The notes under the pieces are model-generated. The model had not been told where the DNA came from. It made no database searches and saw nothing but the letters and a program-made list of their open reading frames with translations. Positions 18,991 to 29,829 of a stretch of DNA of 64,000 nucleotides are shown here, piece after piece (position 1 is the first letter of the stretch; each line of letters starts with the position of its first letter). Source of the stretch: Candidatus Poribacteria bacterium (GTDB lineage Bacteria; Poribacteria; WGA-4E; WGA-3G). The position numbers and the translations under genes were made by a program. The stretch lies in contig OZ219753.1 of assembly GCA_964291315.2 (NCBI GenBank), positions 2,368,001-2,432,000 on the forward strand, read 5' to 3'.

Positions 18991-20823
18991 TTAACCTATT
19001 TCGTCTATGATTTCCTGCTGATCCGCCCGGAGTTTATCAACCGGATGCCGTCCGACCTGCATTGTACCATCGTCTGCTTTCTTGATAAGGGTGTTGTATT
19101 TCCCCGCGCCCGGCTCTTCTTTCTCAGGATAATCATCCCGTGAATGCGCACCGATGCTTGCCCTGCGCTCTAATGCCGCGAGTACAATTGCTTCAGAGAC
19201 CGTCAGGAGACAGTCAAGATCTAGTGCTGTATGCCATCCTGCATTGTACTCACGGTTGCCAATAGTGTGAACGTTCACTGCCTGTTCCCGTAAGCTCTGA
19301 ATCTCTTGCAGGGCTTGTGTGAGACTTTCTTGACTTCGAGCGATGCCTACAAGATCCTGCATTTTTTCTTGGAGTTGTGCCTGGATGTCATAGGGTCCCA
19401 TGTCTGCCCCGTGACTATTATCAGCAGGGTTCTCAAACGGTCTTAGTGTGTGGGCGGCGATTTCATCAATCTCTGATTCATTGAGTGGACTTGCCTCATT
19501 CTCCATCGCAAATTGTGCTGCATATTCCCCTGCGCGCTTACCGAAAACCAGGAGATCAGAGAGTGAATTGCCTCCAAGTCTGTTCGCGCCGTGTAGACCT
19601 GCCGCACACTCGCCGGCAGCAAAGAGCCCGGGAACCGCTGTCATCTGTGAGTCGGCATCGACACGAATACCGCCCATGATATAGTGCGTCGTTGGACCCA
19701 CCTCCATAGGCTGTTGTGTAATGTCGATATCAGCGAGTTCTTTGAATTGATGGTACATACTCGGCAGTTTTCTACGGATATGTTCAGCAGCGTTCGGGAT
19801 TTTTTCTTTAATCCATGCTATATCCAAGAATACGCCGCCGTGTGGACTGCCACGGCCCTCCTGCACTTCTCGGACGATACACCGGGCAACATGGTCGCGT
19901 GTCAGAAGCTCCGGCGGACGCCGCGCCTCCCGGTCGCCTTGCGTATACCGCCACCCTTCCTCTGGATTATCTGCCGTTTGGCTCACATAGAGGTCCGGAA
20001 TGTCGTCGAACATGAATCGGCTGCCTTGGTTGTTCGTGAGAATACCGCCTTCACCGCGGACCCCTTCTGTTACCAAAATACCTCGGACACTGGGGGGCCA
20101 CACCATACCGGTAGGGTGGAATTGGACGAACTCCATGTCTATGAGTTCTGCACCAGCATGATATGCCAGGGAGTGTCCATCGCCTGTATATTCCCAACTA
20201 TTGCTTGTGATTTTATACGCTTTTCCAACACCGCCGGTTGCTAAAACAACGGCTTTCGCAGCAAAGACCTTGAATCGCCCCTTTTCACGCTCATAGCCAA
20301 AGGCACCCGAGATCTTACCCCCGGTTTTCAGAAGCGAAACGATGGTATTCTCCATGTGCACTTCAATGCCCTGGTGGATACCGTAATCTTGTAAGGCGCG
20401 AATCATTTCCAGTCCAGTCCGATCACCGACGTGTGCAAGGCGCGGGTATTGATGTCCACCGAAGTTCCTTTGGAGGATACTGCCCTCTTGTGTCCGGTCG
20501 AAAAGTGCACCCCATGCTTCGAGCTCCCGCACCCGATCCGGTGATTCTTGGGCATGGAGCTCCGCCATTCGGGCATTAGAGAGATACTGGCCACCACGCA
20601 TAGTGTCAGCAAAGTGGACCCGCCAGCTGTCTCTTTCATCGACATTCGCTAGAGCCGCAGCAACACCGCCCTCCGCCATGACGGTGTGCGCCTTACCGAG
20701 TAAAGATTTACATACGAGTCCGACCCTGAGATCTCCCGTGGCAGCTTCTATAGCAGCGCGAAGTCCAGCTCCTCCCGCCCCGATTATTAGAATGTCATAC
20801 TCGTGAGTTTCGTAGGATGTCAC
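18991..20823 (-). CDS. sdhA: Succinate dehydrogenase/fumarate reductase flavoprotein subunit
   Basis: GAGGAGL, AHTVMAEGG, QFHPTG, TEGVRGEGG, HYIMGG and HGANRLGGNSL motifs. Confidence 0.93.
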   Translation of the reverse strand: MTSYETHEYDILIIGAGGAGLRAAIEAATGDLRVGLVCKSLLGKAHTVMAEGGVAAALANVDERDSWRVHFADTMRGGQYLSNARMAELHAQESPDRVRELEAWGALFDRTQEGSILQRNFGGHQYPRLAHVGDRTGLEMIRALQDYGIHQGIEVHMENTIVSLLKTGGKISGAFGYEREKGRFKVFAAKAVVLATGGVGKAYKITSNSWEYTGDGHSLAYHAGAELIDMEFVQFHPTGMVWPPSVRGILVTEGVRGEGGILTNNQGSRFMFDDIPDLYVSQTADNPEEGWRYTQGDREARRPPELLTRDHVARCIVREVQEGRGSPHGGVFLDIAWIKEKIPNAAEHIRRKLPSMYHQFKELADIDITQQPMEVGPTTHYIMGGIRVDADSQMTAVPGLFAAGECAAGLHGANRLGGNSLSDLLVFGKRAGEYAAQFAMENEASPLNESEIDEIAAHTLRPFENPADNSHGADMGPYDIQAQLQEKMQDLVGIARSQESLTQALQEIQSLREQAVNVHTIGNREYNAGWHTALDLDCLLTVSEAIVLAALERRASIGAHSRDDYPEKEEPGAGKYNTLIKKADDGTMQVGRHPVDKLRADQQEIIDEIG

Positions 20824-20844
20824 GCTAAAAATTCCTCTCTATCG

Positions 20845-21663
20845 TTAAAATGTGATCCAATCCTGACCTAAGGCAGGTGCTATAAAACGGACATATACGT
20901 CGGAAAAACCGACCCAACAAAGACTCAGCCACGCCCAAAGCATGTGGCGGCGGTTTAAACAGCTGACACAATCATACACTTGCCGGCGGATCGGGGCTTT
21001 GGAGAGCAGATCGACAACCCCGCCAACCAAGTGACGTAAAGAGTGACAGCCCAGGGTGTAACCGCCTAAAAGGACAACATTACCTGCCAAAACGATAGTG
21101 CCAACCCCAATGCCGAAGGTTTTTCCACCATTTCCATCGTCAAACCAGAGCGCTTTCCACACATCGTAAGCAAGGATACCCAGAACGATGATCGCAACAT
21201 AAAGAAAATATCGGTGGATGTTCTGTACAATTAGCGGAAAAGCGTGCTCACCTCGGTAACCTTTACGCGGTTCTGACACCGTGCAAGAGGGGGGATCCGC
21301 CCAAAACGCTTTATAATACGCACCACGATAGTAGTAGCATGTAAAACGAAATCCGAGCGGGGCCCATAAGATGAGAACAGCAGGGGTAATAAAACCGGGT
21401 ATCCAGGCCGGCATCATACCGAACCAACTGTGCTCAACGCTGCCCACCACCTCTTCTGTACCAAAAAGCAGCGGTGAGTAGAAAGGCGATAGGTAGGGTC
21501 CATAAAAAAAGTAATTCCCTTCAAAAACCCTGATAGTTGCATACACAATAAATGCACCCAAGCCGATAAATACGGCTAGCGGTTGCAACCACCAGGTATC
21601 TCGGCGCTGGGTTTGGAAAGCGCGACGTTCCGTCAACGTGAGTTCTGGGTGGTTCATAGACAA
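20845..21663 (-). CDS. Succinate dehydrogenase membrane anchor (mycobacterial Rv0249c-like)
   Basis: Multi-TM; YLSPFYSP, FRFTCYYYRGAYY, QNIHRY and GCHSLRH motifs; first gene of the sdh operon. Confidence 0.8.
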   Translation of the reverse strand: MSMNHPELTLTERRAFQTQRRDTWWLQPLAVFIGLGAFIVYATIRVFEGNYFFYGPYLSPFYSPLLFGTEEVVGSVEHSWFGMMPAWIPGFITPAVLILWAPLGFRFTCYYYRGAYYKAFWADPPSCTVSEPRKGYRGEHAFPLIVQNIHRYFLYVAIIVLGILAYDVWKALWFDDGNGGKTFGIGVGTIVLAGNVVLLGGYTLGCHSLRHLVGGVVDLLSKAPIRRQVYDCVSCLNRRHMLWAWLSLCWVGFSDVYVRFIAPALGQDWITF

Positions 21664-22123
21664 TTTCCTTATCTTAATCTTACACCTTAAAAAACAGAAT
21701 TAGCAATGAGTCTGAAGATCTTTATAACAAAGGCGTTTGGTCATGCTGTAATATTTTTCTCTAATTTTATAGGACACAAAACCTTGCAACACCGACTAGT
21801 CAAAACCGGAACTATATGAGTTGTGAAGTTTCCGGTGTGAACAGTTTGGTCTTTTTATTCGATCTCGGTTCGGGGCGGCTGCTTGTATTGCCAGCCGAGC
21901 GTTTTAAATTTTTACGCCTCTGACGATGATTGAATAATCGTGGAGTGCTTGAACAGATTTGCATTCGGTAGCAAATTCTTCTATCAGGCGATAACCTGCT
22001 TCGCAAGACCCGATCTATCCGTGTGTCCGGCTTCTCTTTTCTCTGGATTTCCGCAATGCCACTAAGTGGCCAACCACTGTTGCCTCAATAATGACGTAAT
22101 AAATTTCCGCTTGATTGTATTAT

Positions 22124-22152
22124 ATTGTATCATACAATGTTGTCTTTGTCAA
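22124..22152 (-). promoter_or_regulatory. sigma70-like promoter of the sdh operon, with a 7-1-7 palindrome over the -10 box
   Basis: TTGACA-N17-TACAAT; ATTGTAT-C-ATACAAT at 22124-22138. Confidence 0.6.
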
Positions 22153-22186
22153 ATTAACAGGGCAGTCGAAAACACAAGTGAACCTT

Positions 22187-22927
22187 TTAACGCACCAACG
22201 TGTGACTCAACGGTTCCCAACCGAGCAGACGTTTTGCCTTCGAGAGATTAATTTCTTTTTGTTCATGGTCGCCAGCAATGAAAAAGGCGTTAAAACCTTT
22301 ATGTTCAACCGAAATAGCAGCGAGATACGCACGCGCCAAATCTTCTTCATCTGTCCACCAGATGTGTACTGAGGGGTCTTTCGGCTGATCATAACGCTCA
22401 AGCCACTGTCGGCGTGTAGAGGGCCCTGTAATCCGCAGCGCAATCAAGGACATACCGTGTTCACGTGCAAAGTATTCACAGACTTGTTCCCCAAACCCCT
22501 TAGTGAGTCCATAGACACCCGGGTTATCACGCGGGACAACATCTTCATACGGGAAATTGTTGCGTGTGCGTTCATGCACAGTGAAAGTACTTGTATAGAC
22601 TGCCTGCCGGATGCCCAGCTCTTTCGCGGCGTGTAGCACGATATGCAACCCCTTTGCGTTCACTTCATAATTTGCAAGAATAGCGTTGAAATCTGCCACG
22701 GAGGATCGATCGCTTGTCGGACGCAGCATCACCATATAGACGAACGTATCCATCCCCTCCAATGCTCTCTGAACGATACTTGGATCGGTAACAGATCCTT
22801 GGATGTATTCTACCGAGTCGTCTTTAGGTGGCGAGAGATCCAGTACTCGAAAATTGTGAAGATGTTTCATATAAGGAAGAGTCATCGTTCCAACGTGCCC
22901 TGCCCCGCCTACAAGTAAAACATTCAT
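22187..22927 (-). CDS. NAD-dependent epimerase/dehydratase (uronate-dehydrogenase-like SDR)
   Basis: GGAGHVG and YGLTK motifs. Confidence 0.8.
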   Translation of the reverse strand: MNVLLVGGAGHVGTMTLPYMKHLHNFRVLDLSPPKDDSVEYIQGSVTDPSIVQRALEGMDTFVYMVMLRPTSDRSSVADFNAILANYEVNAKGLHIVLHAAKELGIRQAVYTSTFTVHERTRNNFPYEDVVPRDNPGVYGLTKGFGEQVCEYFAREHGMSLIALRITGPSTRRQWLERYDQPKDPSVHIWWTDEEDLARAYLAAISVEHKGFNAFFIAGDHEQKEINLSKAKRLLGWEPLSHTLVR

Positions 22928-23024
22928 TGTTGCATAGTCTCCTATCTTACCGATGTGGCGTGTGTTATCATATTGAACGTGAACACCATTTCAAACCGCC
23001 CCTACAGAACCTACAGACTATTTT

Positions 23025-23888
23025 TTATGCCTCTTGATACGTATACGCGTGGTGCTGAATGCACAAATCGAAATTGTCTTTTGGATCCCACGTGGGCATA
23101 GCTGGTGGCACTTTGTAAGCAAACTGCTCTGTGTCCGAAGGGTACGGATTCGTGCGCCGTTCATGAAGGGCGCGTTGATAGAGTTTACAGCGCTGCGTCA
23201 GGAACTCCGGCTGCCACCACTTATATGTTTCATTCCATCGCGGGGTGCGTTGATCGAAATAGATAACCCGGCGAAGTGTATCGCTTGTGTTAATTTTACT
23301 ACCGTGTAGCACCTTGGTATGATGAAGCAGAATGTCACCCGGTTCAACCGCCGCCGGCACTGCGTCCTCACGTTCAAAATTGACTTCACCCTTATCAATG
23401 ACCTCTTGAGCCTCTTCAATATCCCAAAGATGACTTTTAGGAATTACCCAAACACACCCATTATCAACAGTGGATGGATCTATGTAAATATCGATATTGA
23501 AAATCGGATGATTCTCACGGATCGCCTTGCCATCTCTATGCCATCGCACAGAGGAACCCTTCCTCGGTAGTTTGAAGACCAAAGATTCATAGCACGGTAT
23601 AAAATCCGGACCCACTATCCGATAGAGCAGGTCCCCGATGAAGGGATGTGCTAACAGCCTTAGCGAAAATTTGTTCGGATGGGCATGCAAATAGGTCAAA
23701 TAGTAAGGAACCCCTTCCGGGCCACGGTTGCACCACTTATTTGCCGGCCCACCCGCCAAAATCTCATCAATTAGACGCTGACTTTCTTGCTGTATAACGG
23801 CAAGCTCATCAGGTTGGATGACACGTTTCAAGATAAGATAGCCGTTTTCGTTAAAAAATTGAATTTCGTTGTCCGTAATTTTCTGCAT
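23025..23888 (-). CDS. Phytanoyl-CoA dioxygenase (PhyH) family protein
   Basis: FFNENGYL, WHRD, DNGCVWVIPKSH, GDILLHH..LHGS; start reassigned to MQKIT. Confidence 0.85.
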   Translation of the reverse strand: MQKITDNEIQFFNENGYLILKRVIQPDELAVIQQESQRLIDEILAGGPANKWCNRGPEGVPYYLTYLHAHPNKFSLRLLAHPFIGDLLYRIVGPDFIPCYESLVFKLPRKGSSVRWHRDGKAIRENHPIFNIDIYIDPSTVDNGCVWVIPKSHLWDIEEAQEVIDKGEVNFEREDAVPAAVEPGDILLHHTKVLHGSKINTSDTLRRVIYFDQRTPRWNETYKWWQPEFLTQRCKLYQRALHERRTNPYPSDTEQFAYKVPPAMPTWDPKDNFDLCIQHHAYTYQEA

Positions 23889-23917
23889 AAATATTTTCCT
23901 ACTTCTTCCCCAGCGGG

Positions 23918-24748
23918 TCAATCGGTTGAAATTTTGCCAGTAGCAATCGCGGCATGCCACGCTGAAACCAATTCTTTGACAGATTGATAACGCAACGTTT
24001 TATCTGTGTTTGTCGCCTTTCTAGCCACTTGCCACATAGTCTCATTTCCTTTCCAAGCCTCTCGCGAATCGCTGTTGTTAGCAAGCAGCACAAATGCTGT
24101 CCGTCCTAATGTGAAAACGTTTGTTCTTTCGTCAATCCGTTCACCTTTCTGAAACTCCTCTGGTGCCATAAAACGACTTGAGCCGTACAAGCGGCCTCGG
24201 TCATTCACAAAAGGTGCCGGATGGTAGTGGTCAAAATCGTACAGATGTATCTGTTTTTTCTCGAAATCATAAAGAATACAGCCGTCGTAGAAATCTTCAG
24301 CAATGAAACCTCTTTCTTCAATGAGGAGATGAACGTCGTAGATGACGTTAATTGCAGTGATGATCTCAGCCGCTGGCAATGCACAAAACCTATCACGCGG
24401 ATGGACTTCCCCATCCCTCAGTTTTCTTTCAGGACGCAACCCCTCGCCGGCTACCCAGTTGTAGACGAGTGTGAATCCACCGGGGTTCGTAAAGACATTA
24501 TGCAATTGAGGTAGCGCCTCGTGTTGGACAGCAGAGTGGAAACGGACAGCTTGCTTGAGCCACATGATGGTTTGCGGCGTGTTACCGTGTTTGACAAACC
24601 AATGTTGGCTATTCACCATCGTCCGGAAGGATTGACATCTTGAGTCGTGCTCCGGAAACTGAAATATGACTTTGCCCACATGCTTTAGGTAGTTTTCAAT
24701 ATCTGTATCAATTTCTGTGATATCCAGAAGCGGGTGCTCAATCGGCAT
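23918..24748 (-). CDS. Ser/Thr protein kinase-like protein
   Basis: WFVK, DFYDGCILYD, DFD, GSSRFMAPEE and TNVFTLG motifs. Confidence 0.7.
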   Translation of the reverse strand: MPIEHPLLDITEIDTDIENYLKHVGKVIFQFPEHDSRCQSFRTMVNSQHWFVKHGNTPQTIMWLKQAVRFHSAVQHEALPQLHNVFTNPGGFTLVYNWVAGEGLRPERKLRDGEVHPRDRFCALPAAEIITAINVIYDVHLLIEERGFIAEDFYDGCILYDFEKKQIHLYDFDHYHPAPFVNDRGRLYGSSRFMAPEEFQKGERIDERTNVFTLGRTAFVLLANNSDSREAWKGNETMWQVARKATNTDKTLRYQSVKELVSAWHAAIATGKISTD

Positions 24749-24982
24749 TCATTTATTCCTTACGCGTTAGCAAGACTACTTCAATATATACCGTGTTCTA
24801 AATCAGTAGACAGATGGTACGGGGACCCCTTCGAAGATGGCTGCACTTGCGCTAAAATATCTACTTGCAAGCTTTGATTAAAATAGTATATCATATATGT
24901 ATCAAAAATTTAACCTTTTTTCAAGGGAATCCCAAAATTATCTTTATATGAACGGTGTGCTGTAGAAAATATAGGAAATCTT

Positions 24983-25501
24983 TTGATGCGACATAACCTC
25001 TTCGTTCCGAACAAAATGCCTTATGCCAAGGGGAAAAACCGCCCGGACGTATCTTGTATTCTGTGTGCAATTGTCGAAAAAAGTGAAAAAGTCCAACGGC
25101 TTGAGGTACATCGAACTGACCGCTTTACAATTTCACTCAATCTCTACCCTTACAGTCCAGGGCACGTTTTAATTTTCCCGAATCGGCATATTGTTGATGT
25201 CCGGGAATTGCGTCAGGAGGAGGTACAAGAACTTCACACACTCCAATGCCTCTGTCTTGAGGTCTTGACATGTGCCTATCAGCCGCGCGGTTACAATGTC
25301 GGTTATAATATGGGCGATGCCTCCGGGGCCAGCATATCGCACTTGCACGTACATATCGTTCCTCGATATCCGCGCGAATTAGGATTTATGGACGTTATAA
25401 GCGGTGCACGTATTATCATAGAAGATCCGAATGCAACGCAGCAGAAACTCGTAGAGATATTTCAGAAACTGAAAACTACTCAAGAAAGGAAAACAGAATG
25501 A
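24983..25501 (+). CDS. HIT domain protein (Ap4A phosphorylase-like)
   Basis: [13 protein letters not shown] and HLHVHIVPR motifs. Confidence 0.88.
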   Translation: MMRHNLFVPNKMPYAKGKNRPDVSCILCAIVEKSEKVQRLEVHRTDRFTISLNLYPYSPGHVLIFPNRHIVDVRELRQEEVQELHTLQCLCLEVLTCAYQPRGYNVGYNMGDASGASISHLHVHIVPRYPRELGFMDVISGARIIIEDPNATQQKLVEIFQKLKTTQERKTE

Positions 25502-26712
25502 GCAATCTCGCTTATGATCTCTTGGCCGAGAAACTCGAAAAGCAAGGAATTCAGATTGAGGCAGTCAAAGCCCAGCTCAAGCAGCAGCAGATTGAGACTC
25601 CCTCATGGGGCTACGGTAATTCCGGCACCCGGTTCGGTGTGTTTGAACAACCCGGTGCAGCCCGGAACGCCGCTGAACGTTTAGAGGATGCTGCTACCGT
25701 CCACCGCTTCACCGGCATCGCTCCGACCGTTGCCCTCCATATTCCATGGGATAAAACAGACGACTGGGGCGCACTGAAGCAGTACGCCGCCGAAGTCGGG
25801 ATCGCTATCGGGGCGATTAATCCAAACGTCTTCCAAGATCAAGTATATAAACTCGGAAGCGTCTGCAACCCGGACGCAGCTATTCGGGGACTCGCAATCG
25901 ACCACATGCTTGAGTGTGTTGACATCATGCAGAAAACAGGCTCTGATTTGCTGAGTCTGTGGTTCGCAGACGGCACGAACTTCCCAGGCCAATCAAACTT
26001 CAGGCAGCGCAAACGCTGGATGGAGAACGCTTTAACCCAAGTCTACGATGCACTTTCAGACACCCATCGGATGCTCATCGAATATAAATTTTTCGAACCC
26101 GCATTCTACCACACTGATCTTGCCGACTGGGGAACTGCCTACCTCATGGCCACAAAACTCGGTAAGAAAGCACAAGTACTCGTCGACCTGGGACACCATC
26201 CACAAGGAACGAATATTGAATTCATTGTCGCTTATCTGATCGACGAGGGCAAACTAGGTGGATTTCACTTCAATTGCCGGAAATATGCCGACGACGATCT
26301 TACCGTGGGATCCATTAACCCGCAGGAGCTGTTCCTGATTTATACCGAACTTGTTGCCGCAGAACTCGACCCTGAGACGGAGACTGACATTGCCTATATG
26401 ATTGACCAGAGCCACAACCTGAAACCGAAGGTCGAAGCAAGTATCCAATCAGTCTGCAATTTGCAAAAGGCGTACGCCAAAGCGTTACTCGTTGACCGGA
26501 AAGCGCTTGCAGTTGCACAAGATACCGCTGACTTAGTTGAGGCAGAGTCAATCCTCCAACGCGCTTATGAGACAGATGTCGCCCCCCTACTAGAGCAGGT
26601 GCGCTTGGAAATCGGGCGCGACCCACAACCCTTGGCAGCTTACAGGAAAAGCGGTTATTACGAAAAAATTAGGGACGCTCGCATCGGGGGCGAAAGCCAC
26701 GGATGGGCGTAG
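25498..26712 (+). CDS. rhaI: L-rhamnose isomerase (RhaI type)
   Basis: [36 protein letters not shown] and MIDQSH motifs. Confidence 0.88.
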   Translation: MSNLAYDLLAEKLEKQGIQIEAVKAQLKQQQIETPSWGYGNSGTRFGVFEQPGAARNAAERLEDAATVHRFTGIAPTVALHIPWDKTDDWGALKQYAAEVGIAIGAINPNVFQDQVYKLGSVCNPDAAIRGLAIDHMLECVDIMQKTGSDLLSLWFADGTNFPGQSNFRQRKRWMENALTQVYDALSDTHRMLIEYKFFEPAFYHTDLADWGTAYLMATKLGKKAQVLVDLGHHPQGTNIEFIVAYLIDEGKLGGFHFNCRKYADDDLTVGSINPQELFLIYTELVAAELDPETETDIAYMIDQSHNLKPKVEASIQSVCNLQKAYAKALLVDRKALAVAQDTADLVEAESILQRAYETDVAPLLEQVRLEIGRDPQPLAAYRKSGYYEKIRDARIGGESHGWA

Positions 26713-26793
26713 ACATTACTCAAAATTAGTGAATAATTTTACCTATAGGCGCGTTTTTCAAGCGCACCTTACTTATGGAAACTTGAAAAAAAT

Positions 26794-27738
26794 ATGACGC
26801 AAATTAAAGTCGGTATTATCGGTTCAGGCGGTATGGCGCGGCACCACCTCACCCGATTTGCTGCGATGGAAACAGCCGAAGTCATCGCAATCGCTTCCAG
26901 AAATAGACAGACGGGAGCTCAACTTGCTACAGAACACAAAACAGCCTTTATGCCGGAATGGTTACCTCTCGTTGAACGTGACAACATAGATGCGATCGTT
27001 ATCTGCACACATAACGACAGCCACGGCGAGATGGCCGTCGCGGCATTGCAAGCCGATAAACACGTCTTCATAGAATATCCGCTCGCCAGTGATGTCAGTC
27101 AAGGAGAATTAGCATTGAGGCTTGCTAGAGAACGCGGGCTTGTTCTGCGGGTCTCCCATCCAGAAGCAGTCTCCAATACCCACAAGGCGCTTAAGCAGAA
27201 AATAGGCGAACTCGGCAATCTGCTACTCACCTCTTTTGTGCGCCTCACGCCCGGGCGCGGGGCCCGTCCCGAAATTCTCTTCAACCTACAAGTGTCTGGA
27301 ACACCCGCACACTTCTTTATCTACCATATCTATCCAATTGTCGATTTATTTGGCGGTGCGGCCTCTGTTAAAAAGAGGGCTGCCTACGAAGGCTTGAGAG
27401 AGAATGGACAGTACGATCGATGTGTTAACACGCTCACCGTCGAGTTCAAACGTGGGGGTATTGGACAGTGGACCTGGGCCGGCGGTGTCGCTATTAACAG
27501 TGCCGAACAGCATGAGCGATACGTCCTCACCGAGGGCACAATCAGCGACGCAGGCGGGGAATGGCGCTGCACAACACCGTCCGGTGTCACACCGATCTCG
27601 ATATCGGATGCCCCACAGCCAACGCTTCAAGAGTTGTGGTTCTCCGAGATTCAGGCGGCTGACCAGCAACCCCCGAATTTAGACGATGCTGCTGTTGCTT
27701 TGGAGGCAATTCGCATCAGTCTCGCGTCCGGAGAATGA
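26794..27738 (+). CDS. Gfo/Idh/MocA family oxidoreductase
   Basis: GIIGSGGMA and HVFIEYP motifs. Confidence 0.82.
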   Translation: MTQIKVGIIGSGGMARHHLTRFAAMETAEVIAIASRNRQTGAQLATEHKTAFMPEWLPLVERDNIDAIVICTHNDSHGEMAVAALQADKHVFIEYPLASDVSQGELALRLARERGLVLRVSHPEAVSNTHKALKQKIGELGNLLLTSFVRLTPGRGARPEILFNLQVSGTPAHFFIYHIYPIVDLFGGAASVKKRAAYEGLRENGQYDRCVNTLTVEFKRGGIGQWTWAGGVAINSAEQHERYVLTEGTISDAGGEWRCTTPSGVTPISISDAPQPTLQELWFSEIQAADQQPPNLDDAAVALEAIRISLASGE

Positions 27739-27828
27739 ATTGTCAGATAAGCACCGTTTTCTGTCTACACCATTATACCCAACGAACACCGTTCTACCAC
27801 ATTTTTATTCGTAAGTAAATTCGCGCGA

Positions 27829-28605
27829 TTATACCAACGTCCGTTGAAACCACTCGACCGATTTGGCAATGACGGCTTGCTCCCATGCAACAGCATTGAA
27901 GGTGTGATCTGCTTCATCGATGATTTCGAGTTGTGTGGGGGCATTGCGTTCGTGCATCAATTCATAATACCGTTTCCCGTGGGATACCGGCACCACATCG
28001 TCCCCGCTGCCGTGGATCACAAGAAGCGCACCCGTGAACGCCTGAATGGTAGCAGAGGGCGATAGTTTAGGAAGTTCCTCGTAGAATGCTTTGCCGACGA
28101 TGTTTGGGTTTAAAAGCGCTATCTCCTCCGGCGTGGGAGCGTTTTTGGCCCGCTCCAAAATTTCATTTTTCCGATCTGGCGGATCGTCCGAGAGTGGTGC
28201 CCACATTACTGTTGACTTCACGCGGGCATCTTGCCCGGAAACAAACGCTGCGACGCATCCGCCCATGCTCAATCCTAAAATCCCAATGCGCCCAGCGTCT
28301 ACGCCCGGCATAGCAGTAAGCACATCTATTGCCTTGATAGCATCCGAAACCTCGCCACCGATAGTCATCTCTGAAAAATCGCCTTCACTGTCCCCTGATC
28401 CGCGAAAATCAAACCGAAGCACATAAAAACCGGTAGCGGCAAGCTCCCGTGCTGTCTTAACGAATATCCTGTGCGGCTCAACCTTCGTGCCAGTGAAGCC
28501 GTGGAAAAAAGCGACCGCTGGACACGAACCCTCACAACCCGCTGGTGAATGCAGCATCCCATTTATCTGTTCGTCCCGATTGTAAAAGACTATAGGCCTT
28601 TCCAT
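27829..28605 (-). CDS. Alpha/beta hydrolase
   Basis: HGFTG, FDFRGSGDS, GLSMGG, HGSGD and DHTF motifs. Confidence 0.88.
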   Translation of the reverse strand: MERPIVFYNRDEQINGMLHSPAGCEGSCPAVAFFHGFTGTKVEPHRIFVKTARELAATGFYVLRFDFRGSGDSEGDFSEMTIGGEVSDAIKAIDVLTAMPGVDAGRIGILGLSMGGCVAAFVSGQDARVKSTVMWAPLSDDPPDRKNEILERAKNAPTPEEIALLNPNIVGKAFYEELPKLSPSATIQAFTGALLVIHGSGDDVVPVSHGKRYYELMHERNAPTQLEIIDEADHTFNAVAWEQAVIAKSVEWFQRTLV

Positions 28606-28620
28606 TTTATCTCCTTTTAC

Positions 28621-28649
28621 TTGACATTAAAACATATTTGTGATAAACT
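28621..28649 (+). promoter_or_regulatory. sigma70-like promoter
   Basis: TTGACA-N17-TAAACT upstream of the ComF-family gene. Confidence 0.5.
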
Positions 28650-28674
28650 TATTATATAATAACTTTTTATTCTC

Positions 28675-29466
28675 ATGTGGTGGAATCTTGTGGAATCAAG
28701 GTCGATCAAGTCACAAGTGTCTCATGTACTGCAGAACATATTTGGAACCGCGGTAGTTTTCCTCTATCCTACACAATGCCGCGTCTGTTGTCAAAAATTT
28801 CTTGAAGGCATCCCTTCAGCTTATATCTGTGCTGACTGCTGGCGCGATGATATTCAATTCCTCGAACCCCCTTGGTGCGATATATGCGGCACGCCAAATC
28901 CACATATTAAAGGGCTCTGTGATGAATGCGCTATCTCGCCGCCCCGCTACGGAAAATTAAGATCTATTGCATTTTATCAGGACACGGTTCGACGCGCAAT
29001 ACATCTCTTCAAATTTGAGCAGAAAAAGGTATTAGCGCCGCATCTCGTTCGACTGATAAACACGCATCTCCCAACTGATTGTTGTTTCGCAGACTACGAC
29101 TTTATTCTGCCTGTCCCGATTCATAAAAAACGGTTACGGGAACGCGGTTTCAATCAGGCTGAAATCCTTGCAAAAGGCATTTCACAAGCGAAACGTGTCC
29201 CGCTTTGCACAGACACCCTAGTGCGACATCAGCATACGGTTGCACAGAGCAGCCTAGGGTGGGAAGACCGCCAACGCAATATCGCCGGGGTTTTTAGCGT
29301 CTCGGACCCGAAAAAAAAGATACCCAACAAGCGCCTTCTCATCGTCGACGATGTTTTCACAACGGGTGCCACTGTTCATGAGGCGGTTAACGAATTGTGG
29401 AAAGTCAATCCTGCAGAGGTCGATGTACTCACCCTGGCGCGCACTTCAAACACAGCATCGTTGTGA
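28675..29466 (+). CDS. ComF family double zinc-ribbon phosphoribosyltransferase
   Basis: CxxC pairs, RGFNQA and VDDVFTTGAT motifs. Confidence 0.88.
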   Translation: MWWNLVESRSIKSQVSHVLQNIFGTAVVFLYPTQCRVCCQKFLEGIPSAYICADCWRDDIQFLEPPWCDICGTPNPHIKGLCDECAISPPRYGKLRSIAFYQDTVRRAIHLFKFEQKKVLAPHLVRLINTHLPTDCCFADYDFILPVPIHKKRLRERGFNQAEILAKGISQAKRVPLCTDTLVRHQHTVAQSSLGWEDRQRNIAGVFSVSDPKKKIPNKRLLIVDDVFTTGATVHEAVNELWKVNPAEVDVLTLARTSNTASL

Positions 29467-29829
29467 CATCCGTTGACCGACATTGGAATCGGCATGCGGA
29501 GCTCACCGAAAAATCATGAACCCTTTTTCATCTTTATTACGTTTTAATTATTTATATAAATATGCCCACGCTGCGGCGAGTAAGTCAGTTGCTAGATCCG
29601 TCTTTATTGGGCAACAAATTGGATACCTCTGAAAGAGCTTTGAAAACTACCTTACCGATCTGTTCAGCGAAGACCACATGTTTATGACTTCTCTTCAAAT
29701 GTCACACGATTAGAGTTTAGAGTGCTTCTATAGTGGCGACGTAAAGCCTACTATGGCGCACAACTGCTACGCTTGAACGTGTTAACTGTAGGCACTGACA
29801 TAGTTAAACTGATAGTGGAGGTTACACCT

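Noticed and set aside
21812-22060. Basic ORF with IDRVLR...RQRRK resembling rpsU (bS21)
   Set aside because: No proper start or RBS in frame and it lacks the YEKPS-type core; similarity is too weak
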